Source of the DNA: Thermoplasmatota archaeon
GTDB lineage: Archaea > Thermoplasmatota > Penumbrarchaeia > Penumbrarchaeales > Penumbrarchaeaceae
Length of the DNA stretch: 64,000 bases
Assembly (NCBI GenBank): GCA_965234725.1
Contig: CBDDUX010000003.1
Location: forward strand, 79,047 to 143,046
Direction: 5' to 3'
This document shows positions 1 to 10,317 of the stretch, piece after piece; positions within the stretch are counted from its first letter, which is position 1; each line of letters opens with the position of its first letter. The notes beneath the pieces are model-generated. The model saw only the letters and a program-made list of their open reading frames with translations, had not been told where the DNA came from and ran no database searches. A program made the translations under genes and the position numbers.

Positions 1-97
1 TTACTATGCAATCCTCTCTCTCTTCGGTCCCTGCGATCCCTTCCCTTTTCAACTTATACGTCAATGTCATTTTATCGCCTTTTCTTATTTATCATGA

Positions 98-2020
98 TCA
101 GGATATTTGGTTCCTGGTATAGTTCAGAGTGCCTCCCTCTCTAATGACCTCAATTTCCCTATCAGAAAGGTCATGGACAAGTGAGATCTTGAGGTTCTTG
201 TTCTTAACTTCCAGGATAAGTTCTCCGGAAAGATCCGATAATCCTATTTGCAGAAGATCTCCCTGTTCAAGCAGATCGTAGTCCGATTGGTCCTTGAAGG
301 TAAGGGGGAGAATTCCAAAGTTTACCAGGTTAGCCCTATGTATCCTGGCGAAGGATTTCACGATAACAGCTTTAATTCCAAGATATTTTGGAGCAAGGGC
401 AGCATGTTCCCTTGAGGAACCCTGACCGTAATTATCCCCTCCGATGATGAATCCGCCTCCCTTTTCAAGTGCCCTTTTTGGGAAGGTCTCATCGACCTGA
501 GAGAAAACGTATTCAGATATTGCAGGAATGTTCGATCGAAGAGGTAGGATCTTCGCTCCTGCAGGCATGATATGATCGGTTGTAATATTGTCCTCTACTT
601 TGATAAGAACCTCACCCTCCGCGGAAACCGGTAGTTCATGGAAATCAGGGAGAGGTTTGATGTTTGGCCCTCTGATTATTTCTACCTTACTAGCTTCATC
701 AGCCGGGAGAGGATGTATGAAAAGGTTGTTATCCACGAGATAGGATTCAGGTTCCTGGACTTTGGTGAACTTTCCCAGTTTCCTTGGATCGGTTATTTTA
801 CCGAAAAGAGCTGTTGCAGCTGCAACCTCAGGGGAGACCAGATAGACATCTGCGTCCTTTGTCCCCGACCTTCCAGGGAAGTTCCTGTTGAAGGTCCTGA
901 CAGATACTGCACCGGATTTTGGTGCAAGTCCCATTCCGATACAGGGACCGCAGCCAGACTCAAGTATCCTGAATCCTGCCTCAACAAGGTCTCCGTATGC
1001 ACCAGTTCTTACCATTTCCCTGATGATCGTCCTCGAACCGGGTGATATGGTCCCTGAGATGTCCTCATGGATCCTTCGTCCTTTTACAGCATTAGCTACG
1101 GTCATCAGGTCCCTGAAAGAAGAGTTAGTACAAGACCCGATACAAACTTGGTCGACCTTCATTCCCTCTAACTCTGATATCTCTACCACTGATCCTGGGG
1201 AATGGGGTTTTGCTGCCATGGGGACAATTGAGGATAGATCGATCTCCATTATTTCATCATAGACAGCATCCGGATCCGCCTTGATCTCAACCCATTGTTC
1301 TCCCCTTCCCATAGCCTCCATGAACTTCTTTGTAACATTGTCTGAAGGGAATATCGAGGTTGTAGCACCGGTCTCCGTGCCCATGTTGGTCACTGTGGCT
1401 CTGTCAGGTACGGAGAGGGTAGAAACCCCCGGACCGAAGTACTCAAGGATATATCCTCTTCCACCCTTGACATCCAATCTTTTCAGTACTTCCAGAATAA
1501 TGTCCTTACCAGATACCCAATCCGGAAGCTCTCCTGTTAGTTTTATCCCCAAGATCTTGGGGTACTTCAATTGGAATGCTCCACCAGCCATTGCAACCGC
1601 AATATCCAGACCTCCAGCCCCGATAGATATCTGACCGATACCTCCGGCGGTGGTTGTATGGGAATCCGATCCGATCAATGTCTTTCCTGGTTTTGAGAAC
1701 CTTTCAAGGAAGACCTGATGGCATATACCATTCCCAGCCTTTGAGAGGACAATGCCATATCTCTTTGCAATGGATTGAAGATATCTGTGGTCATCGGCAT
1801 TCTTGAAATCGGATTGAAGCATGTTGTGATCGATGAAGGAAACGGAAAGTTCCGTCTTGACCCTGTCGAGGTTCATGGCCTCGAATTGCAGGTACGCCAT
1901 TGTCCCAGTAGCATCCTGGGTCAAGGTATGGTCCATTCGTATCGCGATCTCTTCTCCAACTTTTTCAGTTCCTTCCACTAAATGCTCTTTAAGGATCTTC
2001 TGAGCCAAGGTAAGTCCCAT
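98..2020 (-). CDS. acn: Aconitate hydratase (single-chain, ~640 aa type)
   Basis: QDATG, DHN, GICHQ, GSDSHT, IGSCTN and GCGPCIG (Fe-S cysteines); C-terminal swivel domain with TTDHIMP and NYGQGSSREHAA. Confidence 0.93.
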   Translation of the reverse strand: MGLTLAQKILKEHLVEGTEKVGEEIAIRMDHTLTQDATGTMAYLQFEAMNLDRVKTELSVSFIDHNMLQSDFKNADDHRYLQSIAKRYGIVLSKAGNGICHQVFLERFSKPGKTLIGSDSHTTTAGGIGQISIGAGGLDIAVAMAGGAFQLKYPKILGIKLTGELPDWVSGKDIILEVLKRLDVKGGRGYILEYFGPGVSTLSVPDRATVTNMGTETGATTSIFPSDNVTKKFMEAMGRGEQWVEIKADPDAVYDEIMEIDLSSIVPMAAKPHSPGSVVEISELEGMKVDQVCIGSCTNSSFRDLMTVANAVKGRRIHEDISGTISPGSRTIIREMVRTGAYGDLVEAGFRILESGCGPCIGMGLAPKSGAVSVRTFNRNFPGRSGTKDADVYLVSPEVAAATALFGKITDPRKLGKFTKVQEPESYLVDNNLFIHPLPADEASKVEIIRGPNIKPLPDFHELPVSAEGEVLIKVEDNITTDHIMPAGAKILPLRSNIPAISEYVFSQVDETFPKRALEKGGGFIIGGDNYGQGSSREHAALAPKYLGIKAVIVKSFARIHRANLVNFGILPLTFKDQSDYDLLEQGDLLQIGLSDLSGELILEVKNKNLKISLVHDLSDREIEVIREGGTLNYTRNQIS

Positions 2021-2189
2021 TTGAAGCCTCCACTGATTGAAACCCCTCTGAGGGTTGAAGGTTAATTCGAAAAGCCCTATTTATATATTACTGAAATTTG
2101 ATATTCTGTTTTCCTTTGCGAAATAATGGAAAGAAAAATTTGTAAAGAAGCTCAACAATTCATCATATTTAAATAATAGATTACCAATC

Positions 2190-3323
2190 ATGGAAAAAGT
2201 GTCAATGATGAAGGGATTATCAACCACAGAGAAGCTTGTCTTCATGGGTCTGATCACCTATCCGGACAATAAGGATACAGAGATAGCAGAGATGCTTTCA
2301 CTTCCAAATTCCACCTTCGCATCGGTAAAATCAAGGATAATGGAGGAAGGTTTTCTTTACGAGAGATATATTCCCATATTTCCGAACCTTGGATTCGAAC
2401 TTCTTGCTGCAGTTTACAGTGATTTTAACCCATCTGTATCAGTTGATGAAAGGATAGCAAATACCCGAAGGACCGTTGAGATATATCCGGAGATGATACT
2501 CTCAATGGGAGAATCCCATAGAGGTTTCTCACTTTCAGTAGCAGAGAATATAACCCGGATAATGAGGATATCCCACCAGAGGATGAAGATCCTTGCCGAT
2601 CTGAACCTTCTGGAGATCGAGTTACCAAGAGAAGTGATATTCCCATTCGAGATGTCCACAATTCACCGTTTCTTCAACCTGGCCCCCCTCCTGTATGCAA
2701 AGCTTTCTGGCGAAAGAGACCTGGTAATGAAGGATATCTCGGGTCTTGAGAGGGACATATACAAGAAGGACCCCATCCTTCAGGTAAAGTACCCCAATAG
2801 CAAGAAGAGACCGGTGGATGTGAACTTATCTCGGAAGCAGTTGGAGATATTGTACTACCTGATAAAACACCCGGAACTATCGGCCTCTCGGCTTTCCACC
2901 ATCATTCCTTATTCCAGGCATACGATCTCTCGTGCAAGGGAGATGTTAATTGAGGAAGGATATTTGGCCTGCACTCGTATACCTGATCTTTCCAAATTGG
3001 GTTATTCGATGCTTTCACTATTCCATGTGAAGATGGATCCAAAAAACCCCATTGATCCTCAGGTATGTAAGAGGAAGGAACTCCTCCAGGATGATACCGT
3101 ATTCTTTGTATCGAGACCCACAGAGCTGATGATGCTGGCTGTTTACGAGAATTACCCACATTATAATAGAGGGATGTCCATATTCAGCCAATATTTGAAA
3201 GTCGAGGGATACATGTCAACGATCCCCACGATAAGGAATCATTCTCTTTCCGAGGCAGTCTGGATCAAGAAGTTCATTCAACATCCGATAATAAAGGATG
3301 CTTTCCACCTTGATATTGATTGA
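2190..3323 (+). CDS. Putative transcriptional regulator with two tandem HTH + Lrp/AsnC-like ligand-binding halves
   Basis: Two similar halves: DTEIAEMLSLPNSTFASVKSRIMEEG...IP..LG and ASRLSTIIPYSRHTISRAREMLIEEG...IPDLSKLG. Confidence 0.65.
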   Translation: MEKVSMMKGLSTTEKLVFMGLITYPDNKDTEIAEMLSLPNSTFASVKSRIMEEGFLYERYIPIFPNLGFELLAAVYSDFNPSVSVDERIANTRRTVEIYPEMILSMGESHRGFSLSVAENITRIMRISHQRMKILADLNLLEIELPREVIFPFEMSTIHRFFNLAPLLYAKLSGERDLVMKDISGLERDIYKKDPILQVKYPNSKKRPVDVNLSRKQLEILYYLIKHPELSASRLSTIIPYSRHTISRAREMLIEEGYLACTRIPDLSKLGYSMLSLFHVKMDPKNPIDPQVCKRKELLQDDTVFFVSRPTELMMLAVYENYPHYNRGMSIFSQYLKVEGYMSTIPTIRNHSLSEAVWIKKFIQHPIIKDAFHLDID

Positions 3324-3348
3324 ACCGGGAAAGGATTATAAGTTATTA

Positions 3349-4053
3349 ATGGACAATATAGTGACCATGGAGGAGGTAGTCGGTCTATTCTTGAAGCTTG
3401 CCTTAACCCTTCTTCTTTCAGGGATCCTGGGTATTGAGAGGGAGGTTACCGGACATAAAGCAGGGATGAGGACCTTGATCCTTGTTGGTATAGGTGCCGC
3501 TTCACTTGTAATGCTCGTTGATCGATTGGATATTCCAAAAGCAGAACTAGGCAGGATAATAGCAGGTGTTGCGACCGGTATAGGGTTTCTTGGTGCTGGT
3601 GCAATTATAAAAGAAGGGATAAATGTAAAGGGACTCACCACCGCAGCCACCATATGGGTGACCTCTTCCATCGGGGTGGCAGTAGGTTCAGGTGCTTACT
3701 ATATTGGGTTCATTACCTTTGCATTCACATTGATAGTCCTTACGATATTCGGGGTCATAGAAAGGAAGTTCAGGCTCAAACCCAAGGATGGGATCTTGAA
3801 GATATCGCTCGAGAAGAACGCTCCGATACCAAGGAAATATCTAAAACAGCTTCAGGAGAGCGGCGCCAGATTCCCAAGGATCAGTATCGATTCAATAAAT
3901 AATAAAAAAATTGTGACGATCGATATGGAACTTTCAAGGAAGATGCAGATCCTTGATCTTATTGATAAGGTAGAAGAGTTCGATGGTGTAAAGAAGGTCG
4001 AATGGGAGGACCTTGAAATGAAAGGAACTTCCAATATTCTGAATTCAATATGA
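3349..4053 (+). CDS. MgtC/SapB family membrane protein with C-terminal ACT-like domain
   Basis: GIERE, AGMRT, GIGFLGAGAI, GLTTAATIW motifs; start placed at ATG 3349 to avoid overlap. Confidence 0.9.
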   Translation: MDNIVTMEEVVGLFLKLALTLLLSGILGIEREVTGHKAGMRTLILVGIGAASLVMLVDRLDIPKAELGRIIAGVATGIGFLGAGAIIKEGINVKGLTTAATIWVTSSIGVAVGSGAYYIGFITFAFTLIVLTIFGVIERKFRLKPKDGILKISLEKNAPIPRKYLKQLQESGARFPRISIDSINNKKIVTIDMELSRKMQILDLIDKVEEFDGVKKVEWEDLEMKGTSNILNSI

Positions 4054-4087
4054 AACCGGATCATGACCCGTTCATTTTTATGGTCTT

Positions 4088-6232
4088 TTACTCACCAGAT
4101 ACCTCTAGCCATCTGTATGCTGATCTTGTATAATCCTGGAAATAACCCCTGTCGAAGGAGTTACCAGTGCAGAGATAGGATACTATCCTATACAATCCTG
4201 GTCCACCCTCTTCCTCTTCCAGCATGAAAGATACAGTGAATGTCTTTTTTTCATTCGATGATATATTGAAAGAATGATCCAGTGAGGATATATGGTCACC
4301 TCTCAGGTTGTAGATATTGATCCCGAGAAATGCCTCCACATCGTCCTCATCGGACAATACTGAATATTGATGCTTCAATGTATCCTTGAATCCGTCACCA
4401 TCCTCGTCGGTTGTGGTGCAGGAAAGAAGGGCAGTATCGAAATGGAGGACTTTTGGGGCTCCTGCACCTTCGAGATGATCGAAGTACGTTGAAAGCAGAG
4501 CCGTCCATGATGTGTCTTTTGCAAACTTCAGATCTGAATAATCATTGTTCTGGTCCATAACATCCCTGAAATCCGGCGCGTAAATGGATAATCCCCTCAA
4601 ACCCTCGATGGACCAACCTCCAACCTGAGTTGAATTGAAGTTCAATACAGCATTGCTGATATCGTCAAGAACGGTCTGTGACAGTTCTCTGATCGAAGAT
4701 GTTTCCGTCAATTTCTGTATATTCTCAACGAAATCGAATAGATCGACAGCATCCGAAGTATGTCCCTCCTGTATGGGTTGAGCATACTTTCTTGCTATGT
4801 TCATATTATATAGTTCAGCGGACCCTGATTCTGCAATGGTATTTGAAAGTGTATTCAAGGACCTTGCAATGGCATCCATTCCCTTCAGATCATAAACCCC
4901 CATGCTCATAGAGGTTTTTGAGCCCAGCTTTCCCATTTGGTCCAGATAGTCAACCATGAATAGTTCCGAAAGAGAAGCGGGAGAGATGTATGGATCCTGT
5001 TTGAGCTTTCCAAGTGTGAGATAATCCCAACCGTATGCAGGCTCGGTGATCTCAGATCCTACCATAAGGTCGCAATATGGTGAGATCTCATAAGCTACCT
5101 CGAATGCAGACATAAGGCATGCATCGAATCCTAGAATATCCAGATCCCTTCCTAAATGGGAGGTTATCCTATCCAGAGCCCATCCCAGCTGGTCAATTTT
5201 CATGACCTCCTCCTCCTCAAGACTCTGTTCCCAACAGATCCCATCGGTTCCCGAACCATGGTTCCATAGGATAAGGGCATTATGATCGGCAGGGTAATTA
5301 TCCATGGACCAAGTAGCAAAATCCACAAGTTCCTCGGGGTCGGCCGAATCGATCTCGCCGATATCACTTAACTCCTCTGATGTGATCATTTCACTATCAT
5401 CATCAAGGTCGATCCTGAACCTCTTTGCAGTTGTCCAATTGCCGTCGGTCCTATCATCTTTGGGTGACAGGCTCTCCCATCTATCCAGTTGTACTATAAT
5501 ATTCACAAGGGAAGAAGATCCGATCGACTCCAGCTCATTGATATCTTTCAAAGCCCAGGATTCAAGATCACAATCGCTCATATAGATCATGAATGTCCAT
5601 TTGGGAGGGGGTCGATAGACCTTCTCAAATGAGATACTGTCAGAGATATAATCAGCCTTTTCAGCCGTGATATTTACATTGAAGGTGCCCTCATCATTAA
5701 AAGAAGGCAATTCCACAAGTACCTCGAAATTACCATTGGGATCTGAAACAGACCTGAATTTTTTATCGGAGATACCAGGTATACTCACAGCGACTGATGC
5801 GCCATCGATGTCTGCACCCTTTTGGGTCTTGACCTCTCCGGAAAAGGTCATTCTTGAACCTGAGATCAGCAAGTCAGGACCATCTTTGATGGTAAGAACG
5901 AGTTCGGTGTTCTTCTCCTTTCCATCATCTCTTGACGATCCTTGATCATTTATATCATAGACAATGTAATAAAAACCAGGGATCGTGAGAAGAAGGAACA
6001 TCAGAAGTATGACCACTATGACATATAATGCTCTGGATGGAGATCTGGCCTTGACCTCAATGGCTCTAATGCTCCTTCCGGTATATCCATTGGTCATATT
6101 GGGCCTACCCAGGAGATCAAAGATCATCCCGAAGAAAAAATCAGTTGTTGGACACTTAAAGGTTTCCGTCAAACGTTCAAAATGTGAGTCAACCAACATG
6201 TCATATCCTGTGGCGTCTGTTGATCTTTGCAT
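4088..6232 (-). CDS. Clostripain-related (C11) cysteine peptidase, membrane anchored, with Ig-like domain
   Basis: WTFMIYM..DLE, LWNHGSG (His), GFDACLM (Cys), GSE, GLSIY; hydrophobic N-terminal anchor; real start probably near 6097. Confidence 0.88.
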   Translation of the reverse strand: MQRSTDATGYDMLVDSHFERLTETFKCPTTDFFFGMIFDLLGRPNMTNGYTGRSIRAIEVKARSPSRALYVIVVILLMFLLLTIPGFYYIVYDINDQGSSRDDGKEKNTELVLTIKDGPDLLISGSRMTFSGEVKTQKGADIDGASVAVSIPGISDKKFRSVSDPNGNFEVLVELPSFNDEGTFNVNITAEKADYISDSISFEKVYRPPPKWTFMIYMSDCDLESWALKDINELESIGSSSLVNIIVQLDRWESLSPKDDRTDGNWTTAKRFRIDLDDDSEMITSEELSDIGEIDSADPEELVDFATWSMDNYPADHNALILWNHGSGTDGICWEQSLEEEEVMKIDQLGWALDRITSHLGRDLDILGFDACLMSAFEVAYEISPYCDLMVGSEITEPAYGWDYLTLGKLKQDPYISPASLSELFMVDYLDQMGKLGSKTSMSMGVYDLKGMDAIARSLNTLSNTIAESGSAELYNMNIARKYAQPIQEGHTSDAVDLFDFVENIQKLTETSSIRELSQTVLDDISNAVLNFNSTQVGGWSIEGLRGLSIYAPDFRDVMDQNNDYSDLKFAKDTSWTALLSTYFDHLEGAGAPKVLHFDTALLSCTTTDEDGDGFKDTLKHQYSVLSDEDDVEAFLGINIYNLRGDHISSLDHSFNISSNEKKTFTVSFMLEEEEGGPGLYRIVSYLCTGNSFDRGYFQDYTRSAYRWLEVSGE

Positions 6233-7670
6233 CCTTTGATGTGGTCCAAAAAATCGAAATGAAGAAATAGGATATTACTGCAAGCAGTAAAGAGGATACT
6301 ATGATGGGAATGAATAATAATTCATTCTCGTTCCAACCTAGTCCATTGAAGATATCCAAAGCTATGATCATCGATCCTGTAAGGAATAGCAGGGTCTTTC
6401 CGAGTTTCATACTCCAGAAGAACGGGATGAAGGCAAGTATTATGATATAGTATCCCGAATGGATCTTGGGAAATATCATTAAGAATAATAGTATGAAGAG
6501 CATAGAAGTGTTCAGAGTCCCAAATTCCCTTCTGAACGATAAAAGTAGGAGAAGGGATCCCAGAAGGACAATAACAGCCGTATTGATGAAAGGATAATAG
6601 CCGATCTCCCCGAGATACCTCCAGAGGGAGATCCCCTGAAGCTGACCTCCTGAGTCTCCGGTGAAGTAGAGTTTGGCAAATGTAGCTACACCGTCAGGTG
6701 AAAGATAAGTTACAGGAGCAAGGAAGGCTGCAAGGACGACCAAGGCAAAGATGGATTTGAAGATCCTCTTGATCAATTTTTCTCTTTCGGATAACAAACC
6801 AGGCATCATCAGGAGGTGAAAGACCTTCGTTGCCATCCCGATCCCAATGAGCATTGAAGCCCATGCTCCTCTTTTTCGTACGATGGCATGCACCGTCAGG
6901 ACGAATAGGAATGCCACAATGATATCGTCCTGGACGGCACCGACCGTTGAATAGATGGTCAAGGGATTGAGAACAAAAAGGGAACCATATACCACTGATC
7001 TCCATTTGCCATCAGGCCAGAATGTTCTCATCACCATGAAGGCTGACATCAGGGCAAAGAGGGCAAAGTATGTCCTGAATACGATGAATGATCCCCCCAG
7101 AAGTGCAGGGAGGATCCAGAATATATTGATCAATGGTGGATTTAGGGTAGGGACATCTTTGTAGATCATCCTGCCTTCGAGCAGGGTCTCTCCTCTGTCT
7201 TTGTAGAATGGAGCATCTGTCTCCTTCTTATATACCTCGATCTTCCAGGTTGTGTTCCTACCTTCCTCTCTTATCTTCTTCACATCACCATCAAGAAGCT
7301 TCCAGGTCCGGTTGTCATCATAAGGAGAAGAGGTATAGAGCTTGGTATGGTTCACCAGTTCGAGTCTGATGGGAATATAACCACGGGGAGTAAGGACTCG
7401 AACATCGCTCCCATTTAAACCGAATTCAATGAAAAGCATGGTGTCGTTGGTTATTTCACTATATTCCCAGACATCATCACTTGTGGCAAATAGATCATCC
7501 GGTCCTATGGTGACTGTGTAGTGGTCTTCCTGGAAATTCAGACCGGTATATACCAGTAAAGGTACATAGAATACAAGCCAGGCAGTAAAAATGGTGATAA
7601 AGGGATGGAGGGCAAGAGACTCTATCAACTTCCTCTTCAAAGGATGTTTGTTCCTTGCCCCTCCAGCCAT
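6201..7670 (-). CDS. Polytopic membrane glycosyltransferase, GT-C fold (GT87/DUF2029-like)
   Basis: Many TM helices; LNP...GAVQDDII and GMATK motifs. Confidence 0.65.
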   Translation of the reverse strand: MAGGARNKHPLKRKLIESLALHPFITIFTAWLVFYVPLLVYTGLNFQEDHYTVTIGPDDLFATSDDVWEYSEITNDTMLFIEFGLNGSDVRVLTPRGYIPIRLELVNHTKLYTSSPYDDNRTWKLLDGDVKKIREEGRNTTWKIEVYKKETDAPFYKDRGETLLEGRMIYKDVPTLNPPLINIFWILPALLGGSFIVFRTYFALFALMSAFMVMRTFWPDGKWRSVVYGSLFVLNPLTIYSTVGAVQDDIIVAFLFVLTVHAIVRKRGAWASMLIGIGMATKVFHLLMMPGLLSEREKLIKRIFKSIFALVVLAAFLAPVTYLSPDGVATFAKLYFTGDSGGQLQGISLWRYLGEIGYYPFINTAVIVLLGSLLLLLSFRREFGTLNTSMLFILLFLMIFPKIHSGYYIIILAFIPFFWSMKLGKTLLFLTGSMIIALDIFNGLGWNENELLFIPIIVSSLLLAVISYFFISIFWTTSKDAKINRRHRI

Positions 7671-7720
7671 GGTCCCGGATGTATATTAACGGATATTTTT
7701 ACCTTTTTACAAGATCGCTT

Positions 7721-8878
7721 TCAACTATCGGATGAAAGTAGGAATTCCTTGCCCATCCTTTTAATACCATATTTTTCCTCGATATCCTTGAATTTCTCTA
7801 AGAGACGTGTCTTGTCTCCCATAGTGAGATATTTGTTTGCCAGAGGGAAATAATATTCCTCTTCCCTTTTAAGGTGCTCCCTCAAGATCTTGATATATCT
7901 TTTTAGAGCCCTTTTTAGCGCTATATGTTTCATGGAGGATCCGATTGACTTCCCAATAATGGCTGTTACTCCGCTTCCACAATCCGGACATTCTCCTTTG
8001 AAAGAGTAGTTACCAGTTTCCATCTGGAAGATCGTAGGTTCTTTCATGATGACTTTTTCCTTGCATTTCAGACAGTAGGCTGGAAAATCATCTATATGTT
8101 CCATTATATTGTAATCCTTGCTGGCTTCAGGGTCTTTATCAAGGCTCTCCTTGTAGCTTGTGAACAATTCCTTTATCTCTTCAACCACTGTTTCGAGTTT
8201 GACATGTTCTTCTTCGATCAACTTCGATGATGATTCCTTCAGGGTCTGATTCACCTCTGACTGGGATTTTATCAATCTATCCATAAAGGCAATCGAGTAC
8301 TCGTTCTCCTTATCCTGATGTATGCTGGTTTCGAGTACAAAAGATCTTCCTGAAAGCCAGTCCACCAATTTGTTCTTCGCTTCCTGATCGACCCTTTCGA
8401 TCAGCTCCTCGAGCTTCTTTGCCTGAAACCTTAGGATACCGTGTTCGTCAAGCAGGTTTTCAACAGGGTCTGTTTCGCTCTTTTCAACCTCTTCAGGAAG
8501 TTCTAGGAAATAATCTATTGCTGTCTCCAACCTCTCCATGATAGTGCTCCTATCGTATGGTTTGGTGAGTAGATCATTGGCTCCCATCTCCGTGGCGTTC
8601 ATTATATCATATCTACCACCCCTATCACCAGTGATGATGATATAGCAATCCCTGTTATTGTGGTGGTTGAGCTCCCTGATCTTGGTGGCCAGTTCAAGTC
8701 CATCGATGCTGGGGAGGTTCCAATCTAAAAATAAGATGGATATCTCCTCATCTTTTTTATATGCCGTTAGGACCTCTCCACCTGAATCAAGGATGATGGG
8801 ATCGTGTTCCTGTGTCCTCAAAGTGTTGGCAATCATCGTCCTGTAAGCCTCATTCTCATCAGCTATGATAACCTTCAT
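7721..8878 (-). CDS. Response regulator receiver + hemerythrin-like domain with inserted DUF5679-like Zn ribbon (paralog 1)
   Basis: MKVIIADE, FLDWNLP (phospho-Asp), ITG, TKP; DEH, HQDKE, EEH, HLKREE..FP; AYCLKC...KGECPDCG; start at ATG 8878 gives 385 aa, same length as paralog 2. Confidence 0.85.
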   Translation of the reverse strand: MKVIIADENEAYRTMIANTLRTQEHDPIILDSGGEVLTAYKKDEEISILFLDWNLPSIDGLELATKIRELNHHNNRDCYIIITGDRGGRYDIMNATEMGANDLLTKPYDRSTIMERLETAIDYFLELPEEVEKSETDPVENLLDEHGILRFQAKKLEELIERVDQEAKNKLVDWLSGRSFVLETSIHQDKENEYSIAFMDRLIKSQSEVNQTLKESSSKLIEEEHVKLETVVEEIKELFTSYKESLDKDPEASKDYNIMEHIDDFPAYCLKCKEKVIMKEPTIFQMETGNYSFKGECPDCGSGVTAIIGKSIGSSMKHIALKRALKRYIKILREHLKREEEYYFPLANKYLTMGDKTRLLEKFKDIEEKYGIKRMGKEFLLSSDS

Positions 8879-9068
8879 AATCAGTCCCCTTTTATTTTTC
8901 CACAAAAGATTTTTGTGTATTTAAGGGATTGCCTTGAAATAAATGAGGAATAATTGGCAATGCAAGAAAAACTGAATAAGGCAATTTCATCTAAACCGGA
9001 TGACTTGTATTCAAGCCAATATTGGACCTCAATGTGAAATAAGATCGGATCAAATATTCATCGATCGA

Positions 9069-10226
9069 TCAATTTGAAGGGGAAAGAAGAAAATCCTTCC
9101 CCATCCTGTGAATACCAAATTCATCCTCTATCTTTTTGAATTCTTCAAGGAGCCTTGTCTTATCCCCGCTTGTAAGGTACCTATTGGCTAGGGGGAAGTA
9201 AAGGTCCTCCTCTCTTTTCAGGTGATCCTTAAGGATATTGAGGTATTTTTTTAGCGATCTCTTCAGCGCTGCATGTTTCATTATGGCTCCTATGGATTTT
9301 CCAATAATGGAGGTGACCCCGCCATTACAATCAGGACAGTTCCCTTTGAAAGCATAATTCCCTGTCTCCAACTGGAAAATGGATGGTTCCACCATTACTA
9401 CTTTATTCTGGCATTTAAGGCAAAATGCAGGATAATCATTCACATGCTTCAAAATATTGTAATTTTCTGGAAGTTCCTGCGGGGAATCAAGACTCTCTTT
9501 GTAGCTGTTGAACCTGTCCTTCACCTCAGAAACGATCGTATCCAGCTTGTTATGTTCACTCTCCACCCATTGGGAGGATGATTCGGATAGGGCTTGATTC
9601 TCTTCCCCGTGGGCATTCATCAACCTTTCCATGAAAGCTACAGAGAACTCGTGTTCCTTGTCCTGGTGTACTTTAGTCTCAAGGACAAATATCCTTCCCC
9701 CCATCCAGTTTATGAGCTTACTAGGTGCCTCTTCATCCACACTGTCAAGCAGGTCTTCCAACTTGTCTGCTTGGAATCTTAAGATCCCATGTTCGTCCAT
9801 TAGATGCTCTACAGGATCCTTCTCGGTCTTTTCGACCTCATCAGGCAGCTCAAGAAAATGATCGATAGCGGTCTTCATTCTGTCAGCTATGATATTGCTG
9901 TCATATGGTTTGGTAATGAGGTCATTCGCTCCCATCTCCATTGCATTCATTATATCATACCTTCCACCCTTTTCCCCTGTTATGATTATATAACAATCCC
10001 TGTTCATGTGGAAATTGAGGTATCTTATCTTTGTTGCAAGTTCCAATCCATCCGTTCCTGGGAGGTTCCAGTCCAAAAATAGGATATTGATATCATCATC
10101 CTTTTCATATGCATCCAGGACATTTTGGGCTGAATCCAATACAATTGGTTCATGGTCCTGTCTCCTTAGTGTATTTATTAACATGGTCCTGTAAACCTCA
10201 TTTCCATCGGCTACTATAACTTTCAT
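9069..10226 (-). CDS. Response regulator receiver + hemerythrin-like domain with inserted DUF5679-like Zn ribbon (paralog 2)
   Basis: Same motifs as 7721-8878, colinear over the full length. Confidence 0.85.
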   Translation of the reverse strand: MKVIVADGNEVYRTMLINTLRRQDHEPIVLDSAQNVLDAYEKDDDINILFLDWNLPGTDGLELATKIRYLNFHMNRDCYIIITGEKGGRYDIMNAMEMGANDLITKPYDSNIIADRMKTAIDHFLELPDEVEKTEKDPVEHLMDEHGILRFQADKLEDLLDSVDEEAPSKLINWMGGRIFVLETKVHQDKEHEFSVAFMERLMNAHGEENQALSESSSQWVESEHNKLDTIVSEVKDRFNSYKESLDSPQELPENYNILKHVNDYPAFCLKCQNKVVMVEPSIFQLETGNYAFKGNCPDCNGGVTSIIGKSIGAIMKHAALKRSLKKYLNILKDHLKREEDLYFPLANRYLTSGDKTRLLEEFKKIEDEFGIHRMGKDFLLSPSN

Positions 10227-10317
10227 ATTCCTGCCACCTTTAAATATAAAAATGAGGGGATTGCGTATATAAGTGAATGTATAGATAACCTACAACAAGT
10301 AGTATATCATTTCAATA

